Assembly (NCBI GenBank): GCA_050950825.1
Contig: JBMNIH010000004.1
Span: 1-64,000, forward strand
Direction of reading: 5' to 3'
DNA: 64,000 nucleotides
Source: Clostridia bacterium
GTDB lineage: Bacteria; Bacillota; Clostridia; JAAYHZ01
Part shown: piece by piece, positions 1-10,164 of the stretch
Numbering within the stretch: position 1 is the stretch's first letter
Layout of the letters: each line of letters starts with the position of its first letter
The notes under the pieces: generated by a model
The model's database searches: none
What the model saw: only the letters and a program-made list of their open reading frames with translations
What the model was told of the DNA's origin: nothing
Translations under genes and position numbers: made by a program

Positions 1-139
1 TCAACGAATTTCCGGTATCAGAGTAGAACATATCTAGATTAATGGAAATAAAAATGAAGTAAAAGTTAGGAAGACGTTTTTACCGATCCGCGAAAATTGT
101 AAGTAGATATAGAATGTCGGAATTGAATTATTAATGCAA

Positions 140-201
140 TATCTCCATTCTCGGCAGAAGAGTACGGGATATCCTACTGCAAAGAGTATGGAGATTTTTT
201 T
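140..201 (+). terminator. Probable intrinsic terminator of an upstream gene
   Basis: Imperfect stem ATCTCCATTCTCGGCAG / CTGCAAAGAGTATGGAGAT followed by a T-run. Confidence 0.55.
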
Positions 202-214
202 ATTATTAAATCAT

Positions 215-2174
215 GATTCTACTGCAAAAAGATCATTCTTACGCTCGTAAAATTACACTAATGACATAATAAAATCCAATTTATGGTATTCAATTGCGAT
301 AAACGTCCCGAATTTGGGTATCAGCTACCTCGATTCGATATCAAATCGAGGTAGTTTTCATATGTTTTTTACCTTTTGCCTAATAAAAGGCACAATAATC
401 CCTTTTGTTTGTCAAGTTGTTACTTTTGCATATCCGCCTTGCAAAAATTTGATAACTCGTTTTATGTTCTGCGCCATTGATAAGAATCCGCATACAACGG
501 TTGATTTAATCAAACCGCGTACCTTCATATTATTCAGTCCTGTGCGTTTCAACGCCGAAACGGTTCCTTCGATTCCCGCTCTCTTACTAACGTTTTCCTT
601 CCTGCAAGTGGCTATTTCTTCTCGTTTCCTTGCGGTTTCCATTGCTTTTTCACTGATTCTCACCACACTGTTTTTGCTTTGTTGTTTGCTGTAGCATCTG
701 TTAAAATGCTCGCATTGCAGACAAACATCTGTTTCGAAGTATGCCACCAATTGTCCTTTCGCTCTAACCGATCGGAAAGGCATATGACCCGCAGGGCATT
801 TTTCAATCAGTCCCGTTTCTTCTTTTATTTCAAACTCACTCACCGAGATCTTGTCCGACGGCTTCCGTCCGCACATGTCCGTCAAATGAATTTGGACATC
901 ATTGGCTTCCGCGGCTTTGTAAACATCTTCCGAGTGAAAACCTCCGTCTATGTACATGTCGGTACATCCGGTGTTTTCTTTGACCTTTCGGATTCGCCCG
1001 CTTAATATTTCTTTGTCGCTTACAATGTTGGGCTTAACGGCGTAATCGGTAATCAATTGAACTTTGTTGTCTTTCGAGCAGGTTTCCGATACCTCAAGTA
1101 CATAGCCGCTTTGCCCTTTATTGCCTTTCTTTCGATAGGTGGCGTCCTCGTCATAGGCGGATTGAAGCGAATCGGACGAGATTTCTTTGCTCTTCTTCGG
1201 TACAAGGTTACCGTTTTTATCGGTCTCCGACTGTTCTTTGATGAACCGTTCCAGTATGCGAACTTCGTCCGATTCTTTCTTGTCGGGCAGTTCCTTCAAT
1301 ATCTTGAGAGCTTCCGCGCTCATAGACAAAAGCGTCGTAAGCCTGCTTTCCGTATCGACGGTTCTTACCTTATGCAGCATTTCGGTTTTGAAATCCTTTT
1401 CAAGAACCTTCCCCATTGATTCGGGTCTTTGTTCTTTCGGAATGGCTTTTACCCCTTTCTCCAATACGTCGTAAGCCAATGCCAATCGACCCGCTTTCTT
1501 GATATTGCTTACGAACATGGTCGTATCGGTTCTTTGTTCGTCGAGCGAGGTTCCCGTCAGTTTCGCAAAATTCCTCAGTAACTCTATGAATTGACCGAAT
1601 AAGAGGTTTTCGTCCTCGGGATGCTCCGTCAAATATTCATATACTCTTTCCCGAAAGTAATACAGCGTTCTTTCCGATATGTAAATCTCGCCAAGCGTTT
1701 TCCCTCCGACGGCATAAGTCGTTTGATAATCAAGATATAGGGAATCCAAAAGATCTTGATCATTCAGATCTTTCATATACTTGATATATTCCAAAGACAG
1801 CAATATATTCACAGGTGTATTCGGTCTGCCTGTCTTGCTGTACAATTTCGCAAAAGGTTCTTCGTTGATATGGCAAAATACATGTTCATAGAATACAGGT
1901 GCCCAAGATTTTTTAAATCTTTCGCGTGCTTTTTCATGCATCCAATCGAGACTTGAGAAAATCGGTTGTTGTTTATGTGAATCGTTTGCTCTGAACATAA
2001 AATATATCTCCGGAAAATTCAAAATATGGATTAACGAAACATATCTATTTTACCATAAAACCTGCCTCAAGTCTAGTATTTTCAAGTGTTTCGAGGCTTT
2101 TTAATAGCCTTTTATGAAATTTTCTAGGTACATAATATAATGTATAGATTTACTTGAGTTTTTGCAGTAGAATC
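215..2174 (-). mobile_element. Insertion sequence, IS1182/ISNCY-like
   Basis: Perfect 16-bp terminal IRs GATTCTACTGCAAAAA (215-230 and 2159-2174); 6-bp direct repeat AATCAT at 209-214 and 2175-2180; encloses one transposase. Confidence 0.9.
412..1998 (-). CDS. DDE transposase (DUF772 N-terminus, C-terminal DDE_Tnp_1_6-like)
   Basis: GRPNTPV motif, RTDTT, SAYDEDATYRKK, YIDGGF, CPAGH..C..C..C, RAGIEGTVSALKR; ATG at 1998 preferred over the track start 2022. Confidence 0.85.
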   Translation of the reverse strand: MFRANDSHKQQPIFSSLDWMHEKARERFKKSWAPVFYEHVFCHINEEPFAKLYSKTGRPNTPVNILLSLEYIKYMKDLNDQDLLDSLYLDYQTTYAVGGKTLGEIYISERTLYYFRERVYEYLTEHPEDENLLFGQFIELLRNFAKLTGTSLDEQRTDTTMFVSNIKKAGRLALAYDVLEKGVKAIPKEQRPESMGKVLEKDFKTEMLHKVRTVDTESRLTTLLSMSAEALKILKELPDKKESDEVRILERFIKEQSETDKNGNLVPKKSKEISSDSLQSAYDEDATYRKKGNKGQSGYVLEVSETCSKDNKVQLITDYAVKPNIVSDKEILSGRIRKVKENTGCTDMYIDGGFHSEDVYKAAEANDVQIHLTDMCGRKPSDKISVSEFEIKEETGLIEKCPAGHMPFRSVRAKGQLVAYFETDVCLQCEHFNRCYSKQQSKNSVVRISEKAMETARKREEIATCRKENVSKRAGIEGTVSALKRTGLNNMKVRGLIKSTVVCGFLSMAQNIKRVIKFLQGGYAKVTT

Positions 2175-2224
2175 AATCATTTGTTTAGTTACTAAAAATT
2201 TTTTTAGTAATTTTCATTTGTTTA

Positions 2225-2253
2225 TTGACATATTAATTACTAGTGAATATAAT
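2225..2253 (+). promoter_or_regulatory. Consensus sigmaA promoter of the padR operon
   Basis: TTGACA-17nt-TATAAT; inverted repeat AGTAGA..TCTACT just downstream (possible PadR operator). Confidence 0.8.
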
Positions 2254-2302
2254 TCAATAGTAGATAAGGTATTCTACTGATTATTAAAAAGCGAGGGATC
2301 CT

Positions 2303-2629
2303 GTGAATATTCAATACAAGAAAGGTGTACTGGAACTGTGTGTGTTATCTATCTTGAATAAACGAGATTGCTATGGATATGAGATATCCGAATACTTGTC
2401 CAAGTATATCGACATAGCCGACGGTACCGTTTACCCGATTTTAAGAAAGCTTCGAAGCGAAGGTTTGTTGACTACTTATATGCAAGAAGAAAGCGGCGGA
2501 CCTCCGCGTAAGTACTATAAAATTACAAAGCTTGGGCAAGAAGAATTTGCAAAAGAACGTACGGAATATCTGGATTTTGCGAAAAAGGTAGAAAAATTAT
2601 TGGAGGAGGATAATCATGACGAAAAATGA
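2303..2629 (+). CDS. PadR family transcriptional regulator
   Basis: KGVLELCVL..YGYEI..GTVYPIL.KL..GPPRKYY motifs. Confidence 0.92.
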   Translation: MNIQYKKGVLELCVLSILNKRDCYGYEISEYLSKYIDIADGTVYPILRKLRSEGLLTTYMQEESGGPPRKYYKITKLGQEEFAKERTEYLDFAKKVEKLLEEDNHDEK

Positions 2630-3350
2630 GTTTTTGACAAAGCTTGCCGTTGAACTGAAAAAGAACAACGTTGCCGATATTGACGATATCATAAATGAAT
2701 ACGAACAACATTTTGCTTTCAAAATGGCAGACGGATTCTCGGAGGAAGAAATAGCCGCGAAATTGGGGAAACCTTCCGTGTTGGCTGCACAATTTGTTGA
2801 AAGTACGGAGAAAGACAAAAAGAGCAGCGGTAAGAAAATTCCGACCGTTATCGGACTTTGCTTTGCCGACTTTTTTGCGGGTTCCTTTTTTCTATTATTG
2901 ATGGCTTGGGAGGTTATCATGGCTGCCTTTTCCCTAAGCAGCGCGGTGATTTCCATCTGCTTATTCGGTCAACTAAGTCCCGAATCCCTCATTCCGACCA
3001 TGCCCTATTTGTCGGCGGTAATTCTCGGAATATCTTTCGCTGCACTATCGATCTTAACTGCCGTAGGCTGCATCTATTTTGCAGCGCTCATTCGCCAGCT
3101 TATGCGTTCATACGGTCGATTCCACTATAACGCTTTGGCAGCTGCATCCGACAGAGCGGTGCTTCCTTCCTTAAGCATGTCTCCGCGGCTACCGGCAAAA
3201 ATGAACAGACGCCTTCGTAAGGTGGCATTGTTTACTTTGGTACAATTTTCCGCTTTTATGGTTCTCGGAATTATTGTCTCCATGATTCTATCAGGATCTT
3301 TGGAGTTCTGGCATGCATGGGGCTGGTTCGGTTACAATCCTATCAATTAA
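2616..3350 (+). CDS. DUF1700/HAAS-domain membrane protein
   Basis: MTKNEFL..L..EYEQHF...SEEEIAAKLG.P N-terminus plus TM helices; typical PadR partner. Confidence 0.8.
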   Translation: MTKNEFLTKLAVELKKNNVADIDDIINEYEQHFAFKMADGFSEEEIAAKLGKPSVLAAQFVESTEKDKKSSGKKIPTVIGLCFADFFAGSFFLLLMAWEVIMAAFSLSSAVISICLFGQLSPESLIPTMPYLSAVILGISFAALSILTAVGCIYFAALIRQLMRSYGRFHYNALAAASDRAVLPSLSMSPRLPAKMNRRLRKVALFTLVQFSAFMVLGIIVSMILSGSLEFWHAWGWFGYNPIN

Positions 3351-3365
3351 GTTGGAGGTGAAAAA

Positions 3366-4232
3366 GTGAATACCGTCGTCATTACCGGCGCATCGTCAGG
3401 TATCGGCTTGGAAACTGCAAAAATCTTAACACAAAATGGATTTCATGTAATCGGCGTATCTCGCAGCGAAGAAAATTGTAAACGAGCGAAAGAAAAGATC
3501 CTGTCGGAAAATCCGAATGCACAAATTACCTTTATGCAGGCGGATTTAATGCAGCAGCGAGAAGTGGTTAAAGTAGCCGAAAGTATCACTTTATATCTTA
3601 ACAATTCCGGTAACGGAGAACTCTATGCCCTTATCAATAACGCAGCATGCATACGAAGTTGGTATATGACAACCGAAGAAGGCTATGAACAGCAATTTGC
3701 ACTCAACCATTTGGCAGGCTTTTTATTGACGTATAAGCTTTTGCCGGCTTTGATAAAAGCAAAAGGTTGTGTAATCATGACGGGGAGCGGATCTCACAGA
3801 GGGATTAAAGTGCATTGGGACGATATTATGCTAAACCGAAGGTATAACCCGCTTATAGCCTATAAACAATCGAAGTTATGCAACCTTTTATTTGCCAAAG
3901 GATTAAACGATCGTTATGCCAAAGACGGTATCCGTGCTTATGTCGTAGATCCGGGTTTGGTGAATACCGATATTGGTAACAAGGGAACAGGTGGCCTTGT
4001 CAATTTCGTATGGTCTCTACGTAAAAAACACGGTGTATCGCCCGATGTACCTGCAAAAACCTATGCCTTCTTGTGTGAGCAAAAAGACCGGCAAAACGGA
4101 CTGTATTATTACCTTTGTAAAGAGATAAATTACAGTAAAGAAGTAACAAGCGAAAATGCAAACCGATTGTTTGAATTAAGCGAACGTCTTTGCGGGATCC
4201 GTTATGAAGGGAAGGAGATGGTAGCGGTATGA
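3366..4232 (+). CDS. SDR family oxidoreductase (retinol dehydrogenase-like)
   Basis: TGASSGIG, NNA, YKQSK catalytic motif, PGLVNT. Confidence 0.9.
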   Translation: MNTVVITGASSGIGLETAKILTQNGFHVIGVSRSEENCKRAKEKILSENPNAQITFMQADLMQQREVVKVAESITLYLNNSGNGELYALINNAACIRSWYMTTEEGYEQQFALNHLAGFLLTYKLLPALIKAKGCVIMTGSGSHRGIKVHWDDIMLNRRYNPLIAYKQSKLCNLLFAKGLNDRYAKDGIRAYVVDPGLVNTDIGNKGTGGLVNFVWSLRKKHGVSPDVPAKTYAFLCEQKDRQNGLYYYLCKEINYSKEVTSENANRLFELSERLCGIRYEGKEMVAV

Positions 4233-5020
4233 ACGTTATGATAACCGGAGCGGCAGGAGGTTTAGGTCGTGCACTGGCTAATGAATGCGGAAGGCGTGGA
4301 TATAACCTGTTTTTGACGGATGTAAATGAAGACGGTTTACTTTGTATAAAGCAGGGGCTGGAAAGGCAATTCAATGTTACGGTTGCAACCGCAGCTTGTG
4401 ACCTTACAAATGCAGAAAGCGTGGATCAAATGTTAGCCGTTATCGACAAACATCAAATACGTTTTGATATGCTTTTAAATGTAGCCGGTATGGATTATGA
4501 AGGTGGCTTTATGAGACGTGAAAGAGAAGAACTCGTAAGGATTGTTCTTTTGAACAATGCCGCCACCTTACGAATTACGCATGCTATCTTAAAGCGCAGA
4601 AGAGCAGGCAAGCCTTTTAATATTGTATTCGTATCCAGTCTGGCATCCATGTTTCCAATGCCATTAAAAGCAACCTATGCCGCTTCCAAACGTTTTCTGC
4701 TGGATTTAGCAATTTCATTATGTCAGGAACTAAAAAATGAGAATGTTCATGTACTGACGATATGTCCCGGAGGTATGGTAACGACTCAAAAGGCTATCCA
4801 AGGAATTGAAGCACAAGGCTTCTGGGGAACCGTAACTACAAATCCGTTGGAGTGTGTTGCTCGAAATGCGATTGATCGAGTCTTGGCAGGTAAAAGCATA
4901 TATGTTCCCGGAATACTCAACAGAATTCTTTTTTTCCTCGGTAAAATCATACCTCGCTCATGGATCGCAGCAGTCATCCATTGGCGATGGAGTGGGGTTA
5001 CGGGAGCTACCGAACATTGA
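4229..5020 (+). CDS. SDR family oxidoreductase
   Basis: TGAAGGLG, VSS, YAASK, CPG. Confidence 0.9.
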   Translation: MNVMITGAAGGLGRALANECGRRGYNLFLTDVNEDGLLCIKQGLERQFNVTVATAACDLTNAESVDQMLAVIDKHQIRFDMLLNVAGMDYEGGFMRREREELVRIVLLNNAATLRITHAILKRRRAGKPFNIVFVSSLASMFPMPLKATYAASKRFLLDLAISLCQELKNENVHVLTICPGGMVTTQKAIQGIEAQGFWGTVTTNPLECVARNAIDRVLAGKSIYVPGILNRILFFLGKIIPRSWIAAVIHWRWSGVTGATEH

Positions 5021-5141
5021 TTCTAAGGGATGTAGATATAATATAGGACATTGATAACAATGCTCTATGTTTTTATAATACTTCATTGACTAAGCTCGTG
5101 CAGCATAGATCATAGTGATCATTTCGTTTTTTGCTCTAAGG

Positions 5142-5993
5142 TTATAAATGTAGATTAATTTTGATTGGTTCTATCAATCCGTTTTGATAAACATAAATCA
5201 ATTTTTTTCTGTCAAATTTAGGTTCTGCCTTATGGATTATACGATGGTGATTAGGACAAATGATAAGCTGGTTTTCTGCATCGTTATTAAGGGATTCTAC
5301 AAACGGATTGATATGGTGAGATTCCACCACATGAACTCCATAATTTTCGCCTATATTTTCTCCGCAAATTTGGCATCGATAGCCATATAGAAGCTTTAAG
5401 CTTTCGCCTATGGCACGATTTAGCTTACGGATCTTAGCTATTTGATTTACGGTGGAAATAGTAGCAGTAGGATCCGTAATGTTGTAGTTGATTTTTGCTT
5501 CGTATTCATTCTCGTTCTCTTGTACAATTGCTTGCTTGAATATCCGGGTATCATCTTGTGTTATACATTCAAGAAGAAAGGTGTCCGGGTATTCCGTTGT
5601 ATAGATAGCCAAATATTCCTTTTGCCCTTCAGGGATTTTTGTGAAGATACGCCGGTTTGCGGACGGAAGATTCCTTTGTTCTAATATGTAGCTGTAGCTT
5701 GAAGTAAAAATAGTACGAAGTTTTTCCGCAATTTCGCTTTGCGGATTATATCGAATTTGCATGATGTCTGTTCGGGTCGGGTATTTTCTTTCATCGAATT
5801 TTTGATTTTTAAGTTCCGCTTTATAGGTTTTGCCTTCTAAAACCAAGTAAATATCTTTTGACTGACCTCTGGCTAAAAACGTTTTTATTGCATTATGAAA
5901 AACAACCTGTATTGTTACAGGAATCGTTAATCCTTGATGCAGTAAAGACCAATCTACTTCTTTTTTGTATACATAGCTATTATCGAATCGCAT
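5142..5993 (-). CDS. HNH endonuclease with uncharacterised N-terminal domain
   Basis: C-terminal CQICG..ESHHI..N....CPNHH; RBS GAGGGA upstream of ATG 5993. Confidence 0.8.
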   Translation of the reverse strand: MRFDNSYVYKKEVDWSLLHQGLTIPVTIQVVFHNAIKTFLARGQSKDIYLVLEGKTYKAELKNQKFDERKYPTRTDIMQIRYNPQSEIAEKLRTIFTSSYSYILEQRNLPSANRRIFTKIPEGQKEYLAIYTTEYPDTFLLECITQDDTRIFKQAIVQENENEYEAKINYNITDPTATISTVNQIAKIRKLNRAIGESLKLLYGYRCQICGENIGENYGVHVVESHHINPFVESLNNDAENQLIICPNHHRIIHKAEPKFDRKKLIYVYQNGLIEPIKINLHL

Positions 5994-6070
5994 TCTACCA
6001 TCCCTCACGAATATAGAATGACACTTTTTAGGTAACTTGGCAAGCGTTTTATATAAAATGAATGTGTTTT

Positions 6071-6710
6071 GTACATTGATTGTTTCCGAGAACAGTGAAA
6101 GCAAGATTTCAGAAGCCAAGTGACAAAATACATACGGCTTTATTCATTCATTCTTCAAATTACACCTTTTGAGGATGTTAAACTATATAAATTTTATATG
6201 TATTTAACAAATCTGCTTGGAAAAATAGCAAAGGAAAAAGTTTCTAATGTGTATCTTGCTGATGAAATTGCTTTAGAGTATGATACTACCAAGAAGACCT
6301 TTATAAGGAGTATATCACTGACTCCGGATGATGAAAATATAACACGCACAACTATAGGGTTTACAGGAACAGTGATAAAGGAAGAGTAGAAAAAATATCT
6401 GTCCTGCAATTATTGAGAGTCTTATTAAGCGATTTGGAATGAACTTTACGAAAGCTGACAGGTTATCGGTAGAGAGGATTAAAGAGGGTTTTTCCGCTGA
6501 AGGGATTTGGTTCAAAGGGCTAAGACAAATACCGTTGATAATTTTAAGCTTGCTTTTGGAAAAGTGTCTATTAATAAAGTAATTGACAGCATGGACAGGA
6601 ATCAAGTGTTTTTTACCCGTGTTTTAGAGAATGAGCCATTTAAAATACTCTTATGGAGTATACGTTGATAGAGTCTGATACTAAGTTAAACGGCTTAGCA
6701 AATGTTATAG
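6071..6710 (+). pseudogene. hsdR: C-terminal remnant of type I restriction subunit R
   Basis: Pieced translation FRSQVTKYIRLYSFILQITPFED...IIESLIKRFGMNFTKADRL...AKTNTVDNFKLAF...MDRNQVFF resembles HsdR C-termini; contains stops and frameshifts. Confidence 0.7.
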
Positions 6711-6721
6711 GAGGAATTTGA

Positions 6722-7624
6722 ATGGATAGATATGAACGGATGCTCGGAGGGCTTTTTGGAGTTGCTTGCGGTGATGCTCTGGGTGGAACGCTTGAGTTTA
6801 TGTCAAAGGATGAGATTAATAGGAAATACGGATATTTAAAAGAAATTATCGGTGGTGGTTGTTGGGACCTTAAACCCGGGGAAGTGACTGACGATACTAT
6901 GATGACTATTGCCGTTGCAGAAGGTATCTTGGATAACCCGGAGAATCCCATTGAAGATATTGGGAAGCACTTTATTGAATGGTATGACAGTAAACCCAAG
7001 GATATCGGGAACATTATCCGAATTGCGCTTAATGAATATAAACGAAGCAATGACCGGATGAAAGCGGCCTACTACGCCCATCAGGTAACAGGCGGTAGGA
7101 GTGCCGGCAATGGTTCGCTTATGAGGTGCTTACCTGTTGCGTTATATTATAATGATATTGATAAGATGCTGGAGATAACCGCTTCACAAAGCGCTCTTAC
7201 CCATTATGATCAAAAAGCAACGGATGCTTGTAGGTTTTATAATCTCTTAGTTTACCGGTATCTCAACGGTAAGCCTAAAGTGCCTTGTATAAGAGAGTAC
7301 ATAGAAAAGTATCCGGAATATAAGCAAATATTTCAGTTGTCAAAAGATCAACTGAAGCCGACGGGTTATGTGGTTGATACTTTAATATGTGTACTATGGT
7401 GTTTTATTAACACTTCTTCCTTTGAGGATGCTATATGTGAAGCGGGTAATCTTGGCGGAGATGCGGATACTATAGCCGCAATTACCGGCGGAATGGCCGG
7501 TGTGTACTATGGCTATGATGCTATCCCTGATAGGTGGAAGGAAAAGATCTTGGTAAAAGAGCAGTTAACTTCTATTGCAAAGAGGATGATAGAAAGGTTT
7601 CAGGATAATTCCGGTCGATTTTAG
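6722..7624 (+). CDS. ADP-ribosylglycohydrolase (DraG/ARH family)
   Basis: GDALG, TDDT, GNGSLMR, TH, GGDADT motifs. Confidence 0.93.
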   Translation: MDRYERMLGGLFGVACGDALGGTLEFMSKDEINRKYGYLKEIIGGGCWDLKPGEVTDDTMMTIAVAEGILDNPENPIEDIGKHFIEWYDSKPKDIGNIIRIALNEYKRSNDRMKAAYYAHQVTGGRSAGNGSLMRCLPVALYYNDIDKMLEITASQSALTHYDQKATDACRFYNLLVYRYLNGKPKVPCIREYIEKYPEYKQIFQLSKDQLKPTGYVVDTLICVLWCFINTSSFEDAICEAGNLGGDADTIAAITGGMAGVYYGYDAIPDRWKEKILVKEQLTSIAKRMIERFQDNSGRF

Positions 7625-7637
7625 GGAGATAAAGAGT

Positions 7638-8219
7638 ATGAATAGGTGCCAATGGTGTGGAAAAGTGACAAGCGGTTTCGGAATGGTAGTTTTAACCATA
7701 AAAGAAGGTGAGCCTTCTCAATCTCTATGTAGAGATTGCTACAACGAGTTTATGGCTAATATGCTTGGAATTGAGGATTTTGAAGATTTTGAAAAAGAGA
7801 TTACCTTTTTAGATTGCGCCGGTACAGAACATTTCTTTCAAATAGAAAAAATCATTAACCCAACGGATATTCTTTGGGAAGCGAAAGAGTTTATAAGCGA
7901 CAATCAAATAGGCTATTCTTTTGAAATACATCAAGATTTCGAAGAAGATCCAAATGATGCTCTGAAAAGACTTTATAAAAAGATAAAAAAAGGACTATCT
8001 AAAAAGTTTATAAAAAGAGAAGTAATTCAAGGAAAAGAACTTATCTCTATTAAAGATAATGTAGTAGAAGGATGCATCGAATGGGATGATAATTTTAAAG
8101 GTAGAGCACCCAAATTTATCATAGATGGACAGGAATATAGTCTGGAAGAATTCGGTAGGATATTAATGTCTTGCGAAGGCCTGAACTTTAGATTAGAAAT
8201 AATTGAGCCTACAGAGTAA
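7638..8219 (+). CDS. Conserved hypothetical protein with N-terminal CxxC..CxxC
   Basis: RBS AGGGAG; CQWC/CRDC; C-terminal IDGQEYSLEEFGR.L...EG. Confidence 0.75.
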   Translation: MNRCQWCGKVTSGFGMVVLTIKEGEPSQSLCRDCYNEFMANMLGIEDFEDFEKEITFLDCAGTEHFFQIEKIINPTDILWEAKEFISDNQIGYSFEIHQDFEEDPNDALKRLYKKIKKGLSKKFIKREVIQGKELISIKDNVVEGCIEWDDNFKGRAPKFIIDGQEYSLEEFGRILMSCEGLNFRLEIIEPTE

Positions 8220-8486
8220 ATTAATATTCATAACGTTAACAAAAAGATTGTGTCTATTGTATAACTCGTTTTTTCGAAAGTTTATCACCGCTGCCATTTC
8301 CGTTAGCAATATGTTTATTTCCGTATGCTCATTCATTGAACTCCGAGTCCCTCGTTCCGACTAATGCCGTATTTGTAGGTGTTAATTTTCGGGATATCTT
8401 TGTCGAGGTTATTGGTAATGAAGAAATTATGAAAATCAATTCTTAAGCTTATGTAACCGGGGGATCTTTATGATATCTCGAAATAT

Positions 8487-8552
8487 ATGTAAGGTTTACT
8501 TGATATTCTGTCTTTGATGTGCTACTTTTGTGATGTAAAGTTAACCTTACAT
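8487..8552 (+). promoter_or_regulatory. Promoter with two XRE operator-like palindromes
   Basis: ATGTAAGGTTTACTTGATAT and ATGTAAAGTTAACCTTACAT flank TTGATA-17-TACTTT. Confidence 0.55.
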
Positions 8553-8565
8553 TGGAGGAGGTTTA

Positions 8566-8775
8566 TTGTTGAAAAATAGAGTGAAAGAACTCCGAGAGCA
8601 ATACGGTTTAACCCAAGCTCAATTAGGTGAAAAAGTAAAAGTATCACGTCAAGCCATCAATGCAATCGAAAACGGTAAATATGATCCGTCAATATGGTTG
8701 GCATATGATTTGGCAAAGTTTTTTAACATATCGATAGAGGAGCTTTTTGATTTTGAGGGGAGTGAGAGAAAATGA
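8566..8775 (+). CDS. XRE family HTH regulator
   Basis: LTQAQL...VSRQAINAIENGKYDPS. Confidence 0.92.
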   Translation: MLKNRVKELREQYGLTQAQLGEKVKVSRQAINAIENGKYDPSIWLAYDLAKFFNISIEELFDFEGSERK

Positions 8776-9224
8776 AGCTTCTTAAGTATTCAATCGTAAA
8801 TGCAGCATTTATCGTCGTGATGTCTGCCGTATATTCCTTCCTTTTTATATTCACATCCAACCATATCGAGTTTCTGAGATTGCTTTCACATGCCGATACT
8901 TTGCAATCCGCCTTCTGGAATTGGTGGTCCGATTTCATAAGAGCCGGTAATATGAGATATATTGGATATATAATGATCATCTTGACGCTTGCAATTATGG
9001 TTTTTATGTTTATCAAGCCAAAGAAGAAATATGATGAATACCAAATAAGCATCATTTCTAGAAGTTTAATCATTGCCGGTATATTATCCGTTCTGATGAT
9101 ACCGGTAATCATGATACTGCTTCTGAGTGATCCGTCTTATGTTATCGAAACCATATTTTTATTTGCAGCTGTTCAATGGCTCGGTGTTTTATTATCCGAT
9201 ATGATTTATGTTATAAAGTATTAG
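8772..9224 (+). CDS. Membrane protein, 4 TM
   Basis: Hydrophobic helices with a DEYQ motif; overlaps the XRE stop codon. Confidence 0.75.
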   Translation: MKLLKYSIVNAAFIVVMSAVYSFLFIFTSNHIEFLRLLSHADTLQSAFWNWWSDFIRAGNMRYIGYIMIILTLAIMVFMFIKPKKKYDEYQISIISRSLIIAGILSVLMIPVIMILLLSDPSYVIETIFLFAAVQWLGVLLSDMIYVIKY

Positions 9225-9271
9225 AAGTCTGAAAGCCTCTATGAAATTATGATGAGATAGGAGATTAAACT

Positions 9272-10102
9272 TTGAATAAGGACTCTATGGTAAATAAACT
9301 GTTTTCGCTTTTACAAAAACCCGCCCTTTGGCAGAGAAGCACGGAGCCGTTTTGGGATGATGAGCATATATCAAAAGAAATGTTAAAGGCTCATCTTGAT
9401 CCGAATCGAGAAGCTGCAAGTCGTAAACACAGCTTTATTGATGTTTCGGTTAAGTGGCTTACAAGCATTATTCCTGCAGGGAGTAGGATACTCGACTTAG
9501 GCTGCGGTCCCGGACTATACACAAAACGATTATCCGATGCAGGATACGATGTCACCGGTATCGATTATTCCAAGCGGTCCATCGCATATGCGAAAGAACG
9601 GGATCCGAAGACAAGGTATATTTACCGCAATTATCTGGATATGGATTACACCAATGAATTCGATGCGATTACATTGATTTACTGTGACTACGGAGCATTG
9701 ATTCCCGATGAAAGAAAAATACTGCTTAATAAGGTGTACCAAGCACTTAAACCCGGTGGCTTATTTATCTTCGATGTCTTCACACAGAGAAAGCATAAAG
9801 GAAAAAGTGACAATACATCTTGGATGTTCTATGAAAACGGCGGTTTTTGGTGTGATAAGCCACATTTATGCCTGTCTGCCGAATACTATTATGAAAACAA
9901 TACCGTTCAAGTCCAAAAATATGTTGTCATTACGGAAGACGGTTTTCGCGAATACCTTATTTGGGATACCGGTTTTACAAAACAAACTTTGATCAATGAG
10001 GTCACGCCTTTCGGTTTCAAACTGCTAGGTGCATATAATGATGTTAGCGGCAGTCCGTATACGGAAGAAACGGATACGTTATGCTTTGTATTACAAAAAT
10101 AA
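9272..10102 (+). CDS. Class I SAM-dependent methyltransferase
   Basis: LDLGCGPG, GIDYS, LKPGG. Confidence 0.9.
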   Translation: MNKDSMVNKLFSLLQKPALWQRSTEPFWDDEHISKEMLKAHLDPNREAASRKHSFIDVSVKWLTSIIPAGSRILDLGCGPGLYTKRLSDAGYDVTGIDYSKRSIAYAKERDPKTRYIYRNYLDMDYTNEFDAITLIYCDYGALIPDERKILLNKVYQALKPGGLFIFDVFTQRKHKGKSDNTSWMFYENGGFWCDKPHLCLSAEYYYENNTVQVQKYVVITEDGFREYLIWDTGFTKQTLINEVTPFGFKLLGAYNDVSGSPYTEETDTLCFVLQK

Positions 10103-10164
10103 AATAGGCATTGAATCAGGCAAGTAATTTATTTTTAAATCGATGTGTGAGGGGGGTAATCCGA

